Positions 22,201-32,904 of a stretch of 64,000 nucleotides of DNA are shown here, in pieces. Below the pieces are notes generated by a model. That model ran no database searches. It was not told the origin of the DNA and saw nothing but the letters and a program-made list of their open reading frames with translations. The stretch is from the NCBI RefSeq assembly GCF_963506605.1, contig NC_083283.1, positions 83,576,001 through 83,640,000 of the forward strand, in the 5' to 3' direction. A program made the position numbers and the translations under genes. Every line of letters begins with the position of its first letter. The stretch's first letter is position 1. The stretch comes from Zootoca vivipara (Eukaryota).

Positions 22201-24262
22201 TATACAGATCATGCTGTACTACCCTTCACAACTTTAGGTTAATCTGAAAAGACTGAAGTCTAAATTCTCAAGCCACTGCAAGCTTCGGTTTTGAAGGTGT
22301 ACAAAGCCAAAGTGTTTACCAAGACTATGTATGGAGTTCAAGATTGAATGCTGGAGATTAATGAATCCTTGGACAACACAAACCACTTTGAGAAACCAAG
22401 AAATACTTTTCTGTGTTCCAAGATGTTTCTCCAACGTAGTCTTACAACCAAAGCAGGTATTTGTTCTTGGGAAACAATAGCAATCAGTTCCTAGCTTTGC
22501 CTATATGTAAGTTCAGCAGGTTTGGGCTACCTATCCCTGATTTTGTTTGCTAAATACTTCTGTTTTTGGCTAACAACAACCACAATGGTGTTAACACCGC
22601 TGCCCCATCTGCTGCCACTTGGGTTAACACAGACTTCAAGATCTTAACTTGCAAAATTCATTAGCCCTGACAAAAGGAGTTTGCTTGCCACTTTAGCTTA
22701 GTCTGCTACTAGTCTGCTACTAGTCTGCTATTTAAATATTAAATACCCCTAGATACAAAAGGGGATTTCCAATTGGTAGGTTCGGTGCTTTGGCATCAAC
22801 AGTTATATAGCTGACTTTATACATATAAGTCAGCTTACAAGGCTGCTTTGGCACTTGAGAGTTTGCCCTTGCAAAAATGGTTCAGTCCAAACATCAGCCC
22901 ATGTTCTCCTATACTGCATTTTTATAGTTCTATAAGATCTCAGTTTATCTCACCAACACTTTCTTTACACTTTGGAAATGCAGAGGGATTCTATATTTCC
23001 GTTTTAATGGTAGACGCCAACCCTAAGATGAGAGGAAAATATAGCCAAATTGCTTGTTGTAGCAATAAAAACTAGGCCACAATTATTAAAAGGAAGATGA
23101 ATTTTTCTGAGTCAAATTGGTCTATATTTATTAGCTATTTCTGTTCAGGGATTGTGTTGTTCCCTTATTTAAAAATGCACTGTTTGTTTGCCTTTCTTTC
23201 TGTTGTGGTTGTTTTTAATTCTATGGTTGTCTTGCAAATGAACAGTTTATGAAGCACTTCTACCTTTACTTCTGGTTTTGGAATGAGAGCTGCCATCCTC
23301 AAATCCACAAATACAAAGAAACGGAATGTCCAAAAGGCACCTTTAATTTTACACTCTATTTTATATTTTATATTTATAGTCTGCAGACTGAAACTCGAAT
23401 AAGTCTTCAAACCAATTCTGTATTCTTCGATTAGTCATTGAATGATATACCTAACAGAAAAGGCTTTGCTTTACTGGTACTCTGTTCATAGCACATTATT
23501 TTGCTACAAGGAAATGTTGGGGGAAATTATGATAATATGCCCATAAGATGAAGACTTGCTTCTTGTTGAAAACCTCTCCATTTTTTCAGTCTGTTTCATT
23601 TTAGTCCTGTTAAGCATGGGGGGGGGGATTCAGTTCACCACCTAACCCACACTTCCCAAAACTATTTGAGACTTTAAACACAACTGTCCATACTTCTCCA
23701 AATTTTGCAGTGCAATTTTCCAAGCAAAAAATGTGTGCAGATGTGTACATCAGGGAAAATGTGAATAGGAATTCATAAGCATTGCATTACATTAAGGAAA
23801 ATTGCATACCAAAATGTGCATATTAGAATAAATGCACTTTAAAATGCTGACAGACTTTTGTGAGCCATACATAAACATGGCAATATTTTAATCTTAGAAT
23901 GTAGAATGCATGTAGATTTTCTAAAGAAGAACTGTAACAATATGCAGCTTCTGTAAAAAATAAAATTAAAAAATGTGGAGGTTCTCCCTCAGTTGCAATA
24001 TTGTATATTTTCTCCAAAAAGTCTATTATATCCCTCTCAGTGTTTGAGCAATACCTCTCCGACTGGCCACTTCTATTGAGAAGAGAAAGGGAACAGGATT
24101 GATAGTGATATATAAACTTATATGGTAAGGTATTACATAATGTGAATGATGTGAAAGATTAACACGATATTTCTTTATGCAAAATACAGCCAAGCATTGA
24201 AACAGAAGAAGAAGCAATTATTTCTGATGCGTTCAGAAGAATTACTTGAGCTTAGGTTTCAT

Positions 24263-26776
24263 TTATTCTGGAAGAAACAAAGGATAATATGCATCAAGAA
24301 AAGAGCAGTTTGAAATGAAACCATACAAAATGGATTCAAATGGTACTCTCACCTGGATAATATGTTGACTTTCACCTGCATGACTTGGGACTCCTTCAGA
24401 ATCATTGGAACCCCTTGGATTCACCTGAGTGTTAGGAGGCTCCACAGAGAAAACAGGAAATAGGGGCCTGAGAAACCGGAACTCGCTGTTCAGAGACCCA
24501 CCAGCTAAGCACACCTCATAGTTGTAAGCCTGAGATAGAGATCCAGCACCAGGATCCGCAGAGATCTCCTGGGAATCTGGTCCCACTGGGAAATTGGCTG
24601 CAGAGTTGTAGGTTCCTATGAACTTTTCACGTTTCTGCAACTTGATTACAACAAACGCCACTACAGAAATGAGAAAGATGCTTGAGATGGCAGCCAAGCA
24701 GATGATCAAATACATAGTCAGGTTGGGGTCTTCCTCCTCCGCTGTTTCCTCCTTTGGGAGAGCCACACTTTTCAGATAAGGGTCAGAGAAGCCGTCCACT
24801 AGAAGGATTCTGAGCGTGGCAGAGGTGGACTGGGGAGGATGGCCGTTGTCTCGGACGACCACAACCAGATTCTGCTTGAAGCTGTCTCGGTTACTGACTG
24901 GCCTCAGGGTGGTCACTTCTCCATTCTGGGCCCCCACCGTGAACAGACCCGGTTCTGTGGCCTTCAGCAGCTGATAGGAAAGCCAAGAGTTCTGAGCAGA
25001 ATCCCTGTCCACAGCCACCACCTTGGTGACCAGGTAGCCAGTCTCTGCCCCTCGGGGAACCAGGTCATTCGAGGGGGAAGTGCCATTCTGGAGAGGGTAG
25101 AGGATGAAGGGGGCATTGTCATTTTCATCCACAACCTGAACGCGGATTGTAACTTCTGAGCTCAGTGGAGGGGAACCTGAATCCACAGCTCTCACTGTCA
25201 CATGGAAGTCTTTTACCTCCTCATAATCCAGAGACCGAATGGCATACAGGTTCCCCGTTTCAGAGTTGATGGAGATGTAAGAGGAAGTGGGGCCATCATT
25301 GACCTTCCCAGGCAAAAGCGAGTAGGTCACTTTGGCATTCTGCGCTGTGTCCAGATCAACAGCATGGATGAAACCGATCAGAAGACCAGGAATATTGTTT
25401 TCTCTTAGCTGCATTTCATAGAATGGCTTTTTAAACATTGGAGGGTTGTCATTGACATCTGAGATTTGAACATGAAGTATTCTTGTGGAAGTGAGTCTCG
25501 GAGAGCCTTGGTCTGTGGCTGTGATAGTAATGTTATATTCACTGACTTTTTCTCTGTCTAGTGGCTGTTGGGTCACCAACTGGTAATAGTTGTTCTCTAT
25601 GGGTTTGAGCACAAATGGCAGGTTTACTTCAGTGGTGCAGGCAGTTCTGCCACTGTCTCCAGAATCCATGTCTGTGACACTGAACAGGGCCACCACTGTG
25701 TCGGAGGGAGAGTCCTCGGGTAAGGGACTGATGATGGATGTGATTGTAATTTCTGGAGCATTGTCGTTCTCATCCTCAATCTCTACAAAGACTTTGCAGT
25801 AAGCAGAAAGTCCCCCTCCATCTGTGGCTTTGATGTGCATCTCATACTTACTAATTTCCTCATAATCAAGCGTTCCTTTGAGAATAAGTTCTCCAGTGTG
25901 TTTATTTAACTTGAACAATCTCAGCACCTTTTCTGGCATTTGGCTGAATGAGTAAGTGATGAGACCATTGGCACCGATATCCTTGTCAGTGGCTTCAACT
26001 TTTGCGACCAGTGTATCCAATGGGCTGTTTTCCATTAGTCTCACTTTGTACACAGATTGGTCAAACTGAGGCACATTGTCATTGGCATCCAGAACATCAA
26101 TAATAATTTGCACTGTTCCAGTCCTTTTGGGCATCCCTCCATCAATGGCTGAGAGAATAAGGGAAATCTGTGGATTCACCTCACGGTCTAACGGTTTTTC
26201 TAACACCAGTTCTGCATATTTGCTACCATCACTTTGACTTTGCACATCCAGCCTAAAATGTTCATTAGGACTAAGGTTGTAGCTCTGGATAGCATTTTCT
26301 CCTTTGTCTGAATCCTGAGCTGTCTCCAAAGGGAATCGTGTATTTGTTGGAATGTGCTCTGATATTTGAAAGAGGATTTGATTTGTGGAAAATGTGGGGG
26401 AATTATCATTCACATCCTCTATCTGAAGTTCAATTCTATGCAGCTGCAATGGATTTTCCAGCAAGATTTCAGAGAGTAGAAGACAAGGATCATTCTGGCC
26501 ACACAGGGATTCTCGATCTATTTTGTCCTTCAATATCAAATCCCCAGAATGTGGATCCAGCTGGAAATACTCCTTGGAGCTCTTAGAAACCAGCCGGGCT
26601 CTCCGAGCAGACAGCTCCTTTGCATCCACTCTCAAATCTTTTAGCACATTCGCTACCAGAGACCCACTTTTCTCCTCCTCTGCCACTGAATAGCGAAAAG
26701 ACTCACACATTGCTGCACATGCACAGAGATATAGAAAAAAAGACACCACTTGCCTGCTGTTGTGATTTATTTCCAT
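24263..26776 (-). CDS. PCDHB: G5: protocadherin-beta-like variable exon, subfamily A (probable exon end at donor 24353)
   Basis: 837-aa ORF with the same architecture as G3. Confidence 0.95.
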   Translation of the reverse strand: MEINHNSRQVVSFFLYLCACAAMCESFRYSVAEEEKSGSLVANVLKDLRVDAKELSARRARLVSKSSKEYFQLDPHSGDLILKDKIDRESLCGQNDPCLLLSEILLENPLQLHRIELQIEDVNDNSPTFSTNQILFQISEHIPTNTRFPLETAQDSDKGENAIQSYNLSPNEHFRLDVQSQSDGSKYAELVLEKPLDREVNPQISLILSAIDGGMPKRTGTVQIIIDVLDANDNVPQFDQSVYKVRLMENSPLDTLVAKVEATDKDIGANGLITYSFSQMPEKVLRLFKLNKHTGELILKGTLDYEEISKYEMHIKATDGGGLSAYCKVFVEIEDENDNAPEITITSIISPLPEDSPSDTVVALFSVTDMDSGDSGRTACTTEVNLPFVLKPIENNYYQLVTQQPLDREKVSEYNITITATDQGSPRLTSTRILHVQISDVNDNPPMFKKPFYEMQLRENNIPGLLIGFIHAVDLDTAQNAKVTYSLLPGKVNDGPTSSYISINSETGNLYAIRSLDYEEVKDFHVTVRAVDSGSPPLSSEVTIRVQVVDENDNAPFILYPLQNGTSPSNDLVPRGAETGYLVTKVVAVDRDSAQNSWLSYQLLKATEPGLFTVGAQNGEVTTLRPVSNRDSFKQNLVVVVRDNGHPPQSTSATLRILLVDGFSDPYLKSVALPKEETAEEEDPNLTMYLIICLAAISSIFLISVVAFVVIKLQKREKFIGTYNSAANFPVGPDSQEISADPGAGSLSQAYNYEVCLAGGSLNSEFRFLRPLFPVFSVEPPNTQVNPRGSNDSEGVPSHAGESQHIIQVRVPFESILYGFISNCSFLDAYYPLFLPE

Positions 26777-27046
26777 ATTCGCAGCCTCTCCTCTACTCAG
26801 ATCTGAAACATGTGATGATTCTTTCTAAGACAACTGCCAAAGTTGATTGTCCATTGTAAGTTTGCAAGGTATACTTTCTTATATTAAAATCTAGAAATGG
26901 ATATGGTGCCTATTTCCACACAAAATTTCTATAGATTTGCTTGTAATGGTGATCTGCTTCCTTTCTCGTTGAGATTCCTTTGTCTGGTGGTTACAGACGT
27001 CAGACAGCAATTGCTGCTCCTTGATTATTTGTTCTGTGTTGTGTCA

Positions 27047-27062
27047 TAGCACCACCTTGTGC
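27047..27062 (-). promoter_or_regulatory. CSE/CTCF site of the G5 promoter
   Basis: Minus strand GCACAAGGTGGTGCTA, about 270 bp upstream of the ATG. Confidence 0.78.
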
Positions 27063-27258
27063 TCAAGCTATGATATGATTCCCATAGACTTTTGTCACTT
27101 TCCAAACTGCATTAATGCAATCTTCTATAGCAATGTTTAGAATATCTCATAAGGTGTATTCTCATAACCTGTATTTTATATATCAGAGTTGTCAGTAATA
27201 CACTTTAGATGTATATTTCCTGCACCCAGGAGGGGGTTGGGCTAGTTGACCCTTGGGA

Positions 27259-28142
27259 TAGAATAATGGAATCATAGAATTCTAGAGTTGGAAGCAACAC
27301 TAAGGATCATCTAATGCAGTGGTCCTCAACCTTGGGCCTCCAGATGTTTTTGGCCTACAACCCCCATGATCCCTAGCTAGCAGGAGCAGTGGTCAGGGAT
27401 GATGGGAATTGTAGTCTCAAAACATCTGGAGGCCCAAGGTTGAGGACCACTGATCTAATCCAACCCCCTGCAATGCAGGAATCTCAACTAAAGCATCCAT
27501 GACAGATGGCCATCCAACCTGTGCTTAAAAACCTCCCAGCAAGGTAGAATTCACTGCCTCTTGACTGCCACTGAGTCTGACTGTTGAACGGCTCTGTCAG
27601 AAAGTTCTTCCTGATGTTTCGTTGGATTCTCCTTTCTTGTAACTTGATGCCATCGGTTCAGGTCCTACCCTCTGGAATGTTTGCCCCATCTTCCATGTAG
27701 GAGCCCTTAAGATATTTGAAGATGGCTATCAGTCATCTTCTCTGAGTCTCTTCTTCTCCAGGCTAAACATACCCAGCTCATTCAACCGTTCCTCATAAAG
27801 CTTGGTTTCCATACCTTTTATCACATTGGTTGCCCTCCTCTGCACACATTCCAGCTGGTCAACATCCTTCTTAAATTGTGACGCCCAGAACTGGACACAG
27901 TGTGCCAAGTGTGGTCTGACCAAGGCAGAATAGAATTGTACTATTACTTCCCTTGATCTGGACATTATACTTCTGTTGATGCAGCCTAGAATAGCATTAG
28001 CTTTTATTTTTATTTTTTTGTTGCTGCTTCACACATAATGTTAAGCTTGTGGTCCACTAAGACCCCTAGATCCTTTTCACGTATACTACTGGTAAGCCAT
28101 GTATCGCCCATCTTATATTTGTACAGCTGGTTATTACTGCCG
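27259..28142 (-). mobile_element. CR1 LINE 3' fragment, interrupted by a MITE
   Basis: ORF 27729-27965 [34 protein letters not shown], with an (ATTCTATG)-type tail at 27259-27290. Confidence 0.9.
27317..27452. mobile_element. Palindromic hAT (Charlie-like) MITE
   Basis: 34-bp perfect TIR CAGTGGTCCTCAACCTTGGGCCTCCAGATGTTTT and 8-bp TSD ATCTAATG/ATCTAATC. Confidence 0.9.
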
Positions 28143-28249
28143 AAAGAGTTGGATCCCTTCCAACTCTTCAATTCTATGATTCATTCAAGCTAAACGAAAA
28201 ACATGAGACACCCTAATGAGTAGGAAAACTTCAGAATGGGAACTGTGTA

Positions 28250-30120
28250 CATAGTATCAAAGAACTGTGCATCACAGAGTTGGATGGATCCTTGTGGATC
28301 ATCCAGTATAAGCCCTTCATTGATGCAGGAGATGTACGGCTAAAGTATCTGCCACAAATAGATCCAACAAGATAGTCCCCCACCTGCTGCCGGAATGCTA
28401 GGGGGCTATCTATGTTATTCTTAAAGTGTGGTGTCCAAAACTGGACATAGTAGTCCAGGTGAGATCTAAGTAGTGCAGTAAAAAAAACAAAAAAAAAACC
28501 CCTGGAACTATTACTTCCCATTAGTTGAAAATAATTGGCACTTTTTTGTCTGGGTGGAGAGTCCTGCTGACTCATGTTCTGCTTAATGATAAATTTCATT
28601 ACTGAGATTCTTTCCACATGTACAAATTTGCAAAACTAAATATCTTCCAGGTGCATTTCATTTATTTTGAAATTTATTCCTGTCTTAAGAGGTGTTAACT
28701 ACCCTTCTTAATTTTGTGCCAGCTGCAGATCTAGTACGGATTCCTTCCATCTGTTCATATAACTTCATATACAGAGGTGCCTCGACTTACGAATTTAATC
28801 TGTTCCAAAGGCACCTTCATAATTCGAAAAATTCGTAAGTCGAAAAGCACCATTGGAAACGCGATTTGCCATAGGAATGCATTGGAAATGGGAAAATTCA
28901 TAAGCAACCCCATCTAAAAATTCATAAATCGAAAAAACCTTATCTAAAACTGCTGCGGTTTCCATTCGGATGTTGAGAAATACGTAAGCGTGTGGCCATT
29001 TGCCCTACTCATAAGTCGAAAAATTCAGTTGTCGAGTCATTCGTAAGTCGAGGTACCACTGTAATGGTTTGTTTGGATAAATATGGCAATATTTGGACTG
29101 GGTTTATACAAAATGTAGTAGACTATTAATATATACATATGTATTCAAATAATGACAGCAAATTGATAAAAGAATGTATGCATTAGGGTATTGCATATAT
29201 TCATATATATATTCTACACATTTTTGTGCCTGTTTGTTTTTCTTTTCTTCTATTTGCATCACTTTATTTCTTAATAATTGAAACCTTATCAATAAAATAT
29301 ATTCATATCATATAATATCAGGGTGAAGAGTATCTGGCCCAGAACAGGGCCCTGCTGCCCCCCCCCCCACTCAAAACAACACTTTAATGTGATGAGGAAA
29401 TACTGATGAGCACTCTTTGATTACAGTTCTCCAACCAGCAATGAATCCACCTGATCATCTCGTTTGCATATATGTAACCTGCTAACCAAAAGATCATGGA
29501 CTTTGTTAAATTATTTCCTGAAGTCAAGGCAAATTGCATCCAGAGCATCCACAAAATTCACTAAGCTAGTACCCCAATAAAATGGATATAAGATTAGTCT
29601 GGCAGGATTTCTTTTTCGCAAATCCATGTGGTCTTTTACTAATCACTGCATTGTTTTCAATATGCTTACAAAATGACTTCTTTGTAATCTAATATTTTCC
29701 TTAGAATCAAAGTCAGAGGGAATAGTCTCAAATTTCCCAGATCTCCCCCCCCCTTAAAAAAAGAAGACTGGAGTGACATTTGCCTGTCTCCAGGCCTGTA
29801 ACAACTCACCTGCTCTCTAAAACTTCTCACTGTTGATAGACAGAGGGTTTCTGAAAGAGTATCAGCAATTAATCTGTCCCTGAAGACTTGAACTAATTTA
29901 ATACAACTAGGTAATCCTTGACCAGCTCCTAATCTATCTTGAACTGCAATCCTGCACCCCACCCATCAGTCCTGCTGCCTATGTAAGGTTGGACGCAGTT
30001 CCCCTTTTGGGAGAAGATAAATGCAAAACAGGAGATGAGCAGTTCTGCCTTCTCTTTGTCATCTGTTACCATTTCACCATCTTTACTTGAAAGAGCCCCT
30101 TTTCTTCTTCACCAGCCTCA
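28250..30120 (-). mobile_element. Old degenerate CR1 LINE (RT region), interrupted by a Tc1/mariner MITE
   Basis: Minus-strand remnants HGF..KSCQTNLI, DAICLDF, QG.VLG..LF and LRSHLDYYVQFWTPHFK. Confidence 0.65.
28772..29061. mobile_element. Tc1/mariner (Tigger/pogo-like) MITE
   Basis: TIRs CAGAGGTGCCTCGACTTACGAAT and ATTCGTAAGTCGAGGTACCACTG, with a TA duplication. Confidence 0.85.
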
Positions 30121-30580
30121 GCTCCTTCATAGCATTAGCTTTCCTGACAACTCCTCCTAGAATTCAGAGCTACTTGCCTGTGTTCATCCTTGGTTACCTG
30201 TCCTTCCATTTATTATACATGTCTTCCCTGCTCTTAATGAACTGTACTGGTTACTGGTTTGTTTCTGGGTTGTTATTCTTCTAATCCATGGCCAGTGCAT
30301 TGCTGCCCCTTGCAATATTGCCCCTCCATGGTGGCACTGACCCTCTGGAATACCCCCCCCCCAAAAAAAAGCATTCAAGTTGTATTATTTCTTTTTGTTT
30401 TGTTTTTACCTTAAACTGTATATAAATTGTCTAAATAAGTCCCTAATGCTGTCCTCCAGTTTCTTTTGCTGCTGGTTTTAATATAGTATACTTTAAGTGC
30501 AGTCACGTTTAATCACATTTTTGCTGATTTATTGTTGCCCACTTTAAGATACCTTTCTTACTAAACAGTATGTAGACTGA

Positions 30581-30754
30581 GGGCTAATCTACACTGGTCA
30601 GTTATAAGATCAAAAAATTGTTATAAAAATGTGACACCAGAGGGCATTGTAGAGCAACAATCCATCATTAATGGGAAATTGGGTCGAGAGCTATATTACG
30701 TTGTGGGTTTTTGTTTGTTTTTTAACGTTTTCTCAGATCAGTGTAGATCCATCC
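30581..30754. mobile_element. PIF/Harbinger-type MITE carrying a CTCF-like motif
   Basis: TIRs GGGCTAATCTACACTG and CAGTGTAGATCCATCC, 3-bp TSD TGA, and internal ACACCAGAGGGCA at 30634-30646. Confidence 0.75.
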
Positions 30755-30978
30755 TGAGAATGTTCCACATGATGCTAGATGCTTTCCAGCATATGCCAAG
30801 TTAAGTTGCAAGCAGAACATTATTAGCACAATAGAAACAATCTTGAATACAGTTCTCATATCAGCTGTTAAGGAGAACTTTTATGCTAACATAACCATAA
30901 GGAGGCTGCACCAAGAAAGGAGGGAGGCAGTTTATTTCTCGTTTATTTCTCCAATGGAGGCCAGTCTTATTCATCTAG

Positions 30979-31311
30979 CAGAGGGCTGGGGAACATCAGG
31001 CACAGGGACCAAACTCTGCCCTCCAAGTCTCTCTGTTTGACCACACCCCTTATCCACAGGCCACACCCCTCCCTGGCCCAACTTTGTTACACAAGTCTTT
31101 TGCTTGACTGGAGTATGCCCGCGAATCCTGATCTTGATGCTTGCATGGCTTGAGGAATGTGTAAGTGTGTTTAGAAACTAGACTTGAGGAAGGTAAAATT
31201 TACATTCATTGCTCTGCCCACTTGCTTCTGGCCCTGCCCAGCACTGGCATGTGGCCCTTGGAAGGTGGTCCAGAAGGAAATATGGTCCTTGGACTGGAAA
31301 AGTTCCCCCTG
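30979..31311. mobile_element. Old hAT-Charlie-like non-autonomous element
   Basis: Degenerate termini cagagggctggggaac...aaaagttccccctg. Confidence 0.4.
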
Positions 31312-31923
31312 AGGATTACTGCCAAGTAAAAGTTGTCATGAAAGCCTCTAGTGAATATGTGAACGGCCTTGTGAAGCCATACTTCTTTCTTTAAAGTCCC
31401 CAGGTGTCTAGATGAGCCCCAACAAATGAAACAACCAAAAATGCTATATTCGAAAAGCAAAGCAGCATAAAAGCTGTAGAAAGTGTTAGCCATTGGTAGT
31501 CTGCAATATTACCATCTATGTGGATTTAGTCCTGCAGTATTTCAATAAGAGCCTGTCCACTACTGAAATACAGATGCAGAGCAAGGCTATTGCAAGGGAA
31601 AGACAATTTTACCTTGAGAGATTCTCTGCTGCACACCAGGTTGATTATTGAGTCAATAAAAAGTCATTTGCTTTGGTGACTAATCTGGTGGGGGTGCTGT
31701 GCTCAAATGTCGTTTTAGATAGAGAATATCAGGAAACTCACGCATTGGTTGAAAGGACAAGTGGGACTACCAAAATCAGAAAAATATAGGACAGCATATT
31801 TCTTCAAGAAACAGTAAACATGTGCAGCAGAAATAACTGCTGCAGAAAATATGTAGATAACATACCTGGATTTAAAAACACTTGTTAATATATATGTGGG
31901 AACCCTGGCCCTTCAGGCTGCAG

Positions 31924-32099
31924 CAGGGGCATAGGAAGGGCGCGGGGCGAAAGGGGCGCTCTGCCCTGGGCAGCGCAATCCTGAGGGCGCCATTGCGACT
32001 GCCCCCGCCCGCGTTGGGCGCCCCGCCCCCAGAACGTGCACCAGCCCCGCCCCAGTCTGCTCTCCACCCCCGGTGCTGGAGTATGAAGCTCCGCCACTG
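31924..32099. mobile_element. GC-rich hAT (Ac-like) MITE
   Basis: 8-bp TSD GGCTGCAG (31916-31923 and 32100-32107) and TIRs CAGGGGCATAG / CTCCGCCACTG. Confidence 0.85.
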
Positions 32100-32904
32100 G
32101 GCTGCAGCTTGTGGGAGAGGAGGAAAGCCAAAATACTCCAAAAACTCCATGTGCTCCTTTTTCCTCTCCCCCTCTTCCTTTCAAACCAATGTCTGTGTTT
32201 GCTTTCTCCTCACTTCCCTCTCCTTTGTGTTTCGGGTACTGATTACATATAAGTCACTCTTGGTGCCTTTCAAGCTGAACAGCAGGTCAAAAAAAGTAAA
32301 TAAATGCACATAAGCATTTAAAGATACTGGTATGCACATCAACATCATCCATGCTTTATTAATTTCTTCTAGGAGAGAGTGACACGCTGGTGTACATGCA
32401 ACAATTATGATTATGCATGAAGTCTGACTCTCGAGCCAATTTTAGTGCAGAGACCCACAATGCAGGAGCTGACAGACAGGACCCTAAAAATGAATAACGA
32501 TGGAAAAAAGATGGGCTTGGAAGAAAGGGATTTGAGTAAATGATAGATGAAAGAAGAAAAGGAACAATGGAAAATTGAGGTGAAGAATGAAAGGGACAGT
32601 GGGCTGCGGGGAAGAACCACCTCACATTGAACTTGGAAACAGTGGGGCTCTCCTGTTAGCAAAGAACACCACAGAACAGGGAAAGAAACTGAGACAAAAA
32701 AGGAGCAATAGGACAGAGGTGCAGAAAGTAGATGTGGAATAAGCAGTCCATGTTAAAACTGAACCTCTGTAGTCACTATATAAGTAACCAATACAGAGAA
32801 GAATAAGGAGACAGAAACAAATATCAGATGTGATTGATTACCAAGCAACAAGCATTCCCAAAGTCATCATGACCTGTTTTGATATGATATACTGAGATTG
32901 ATAT

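Noticed and set aside
31872-32313. Overlapping Pro/Ala/Gly-rich ORFs suggesting a CpG-island gene start
   Set aside because: The GC-rich core is bounded by hAT TIRs and an 8-bp TSD.
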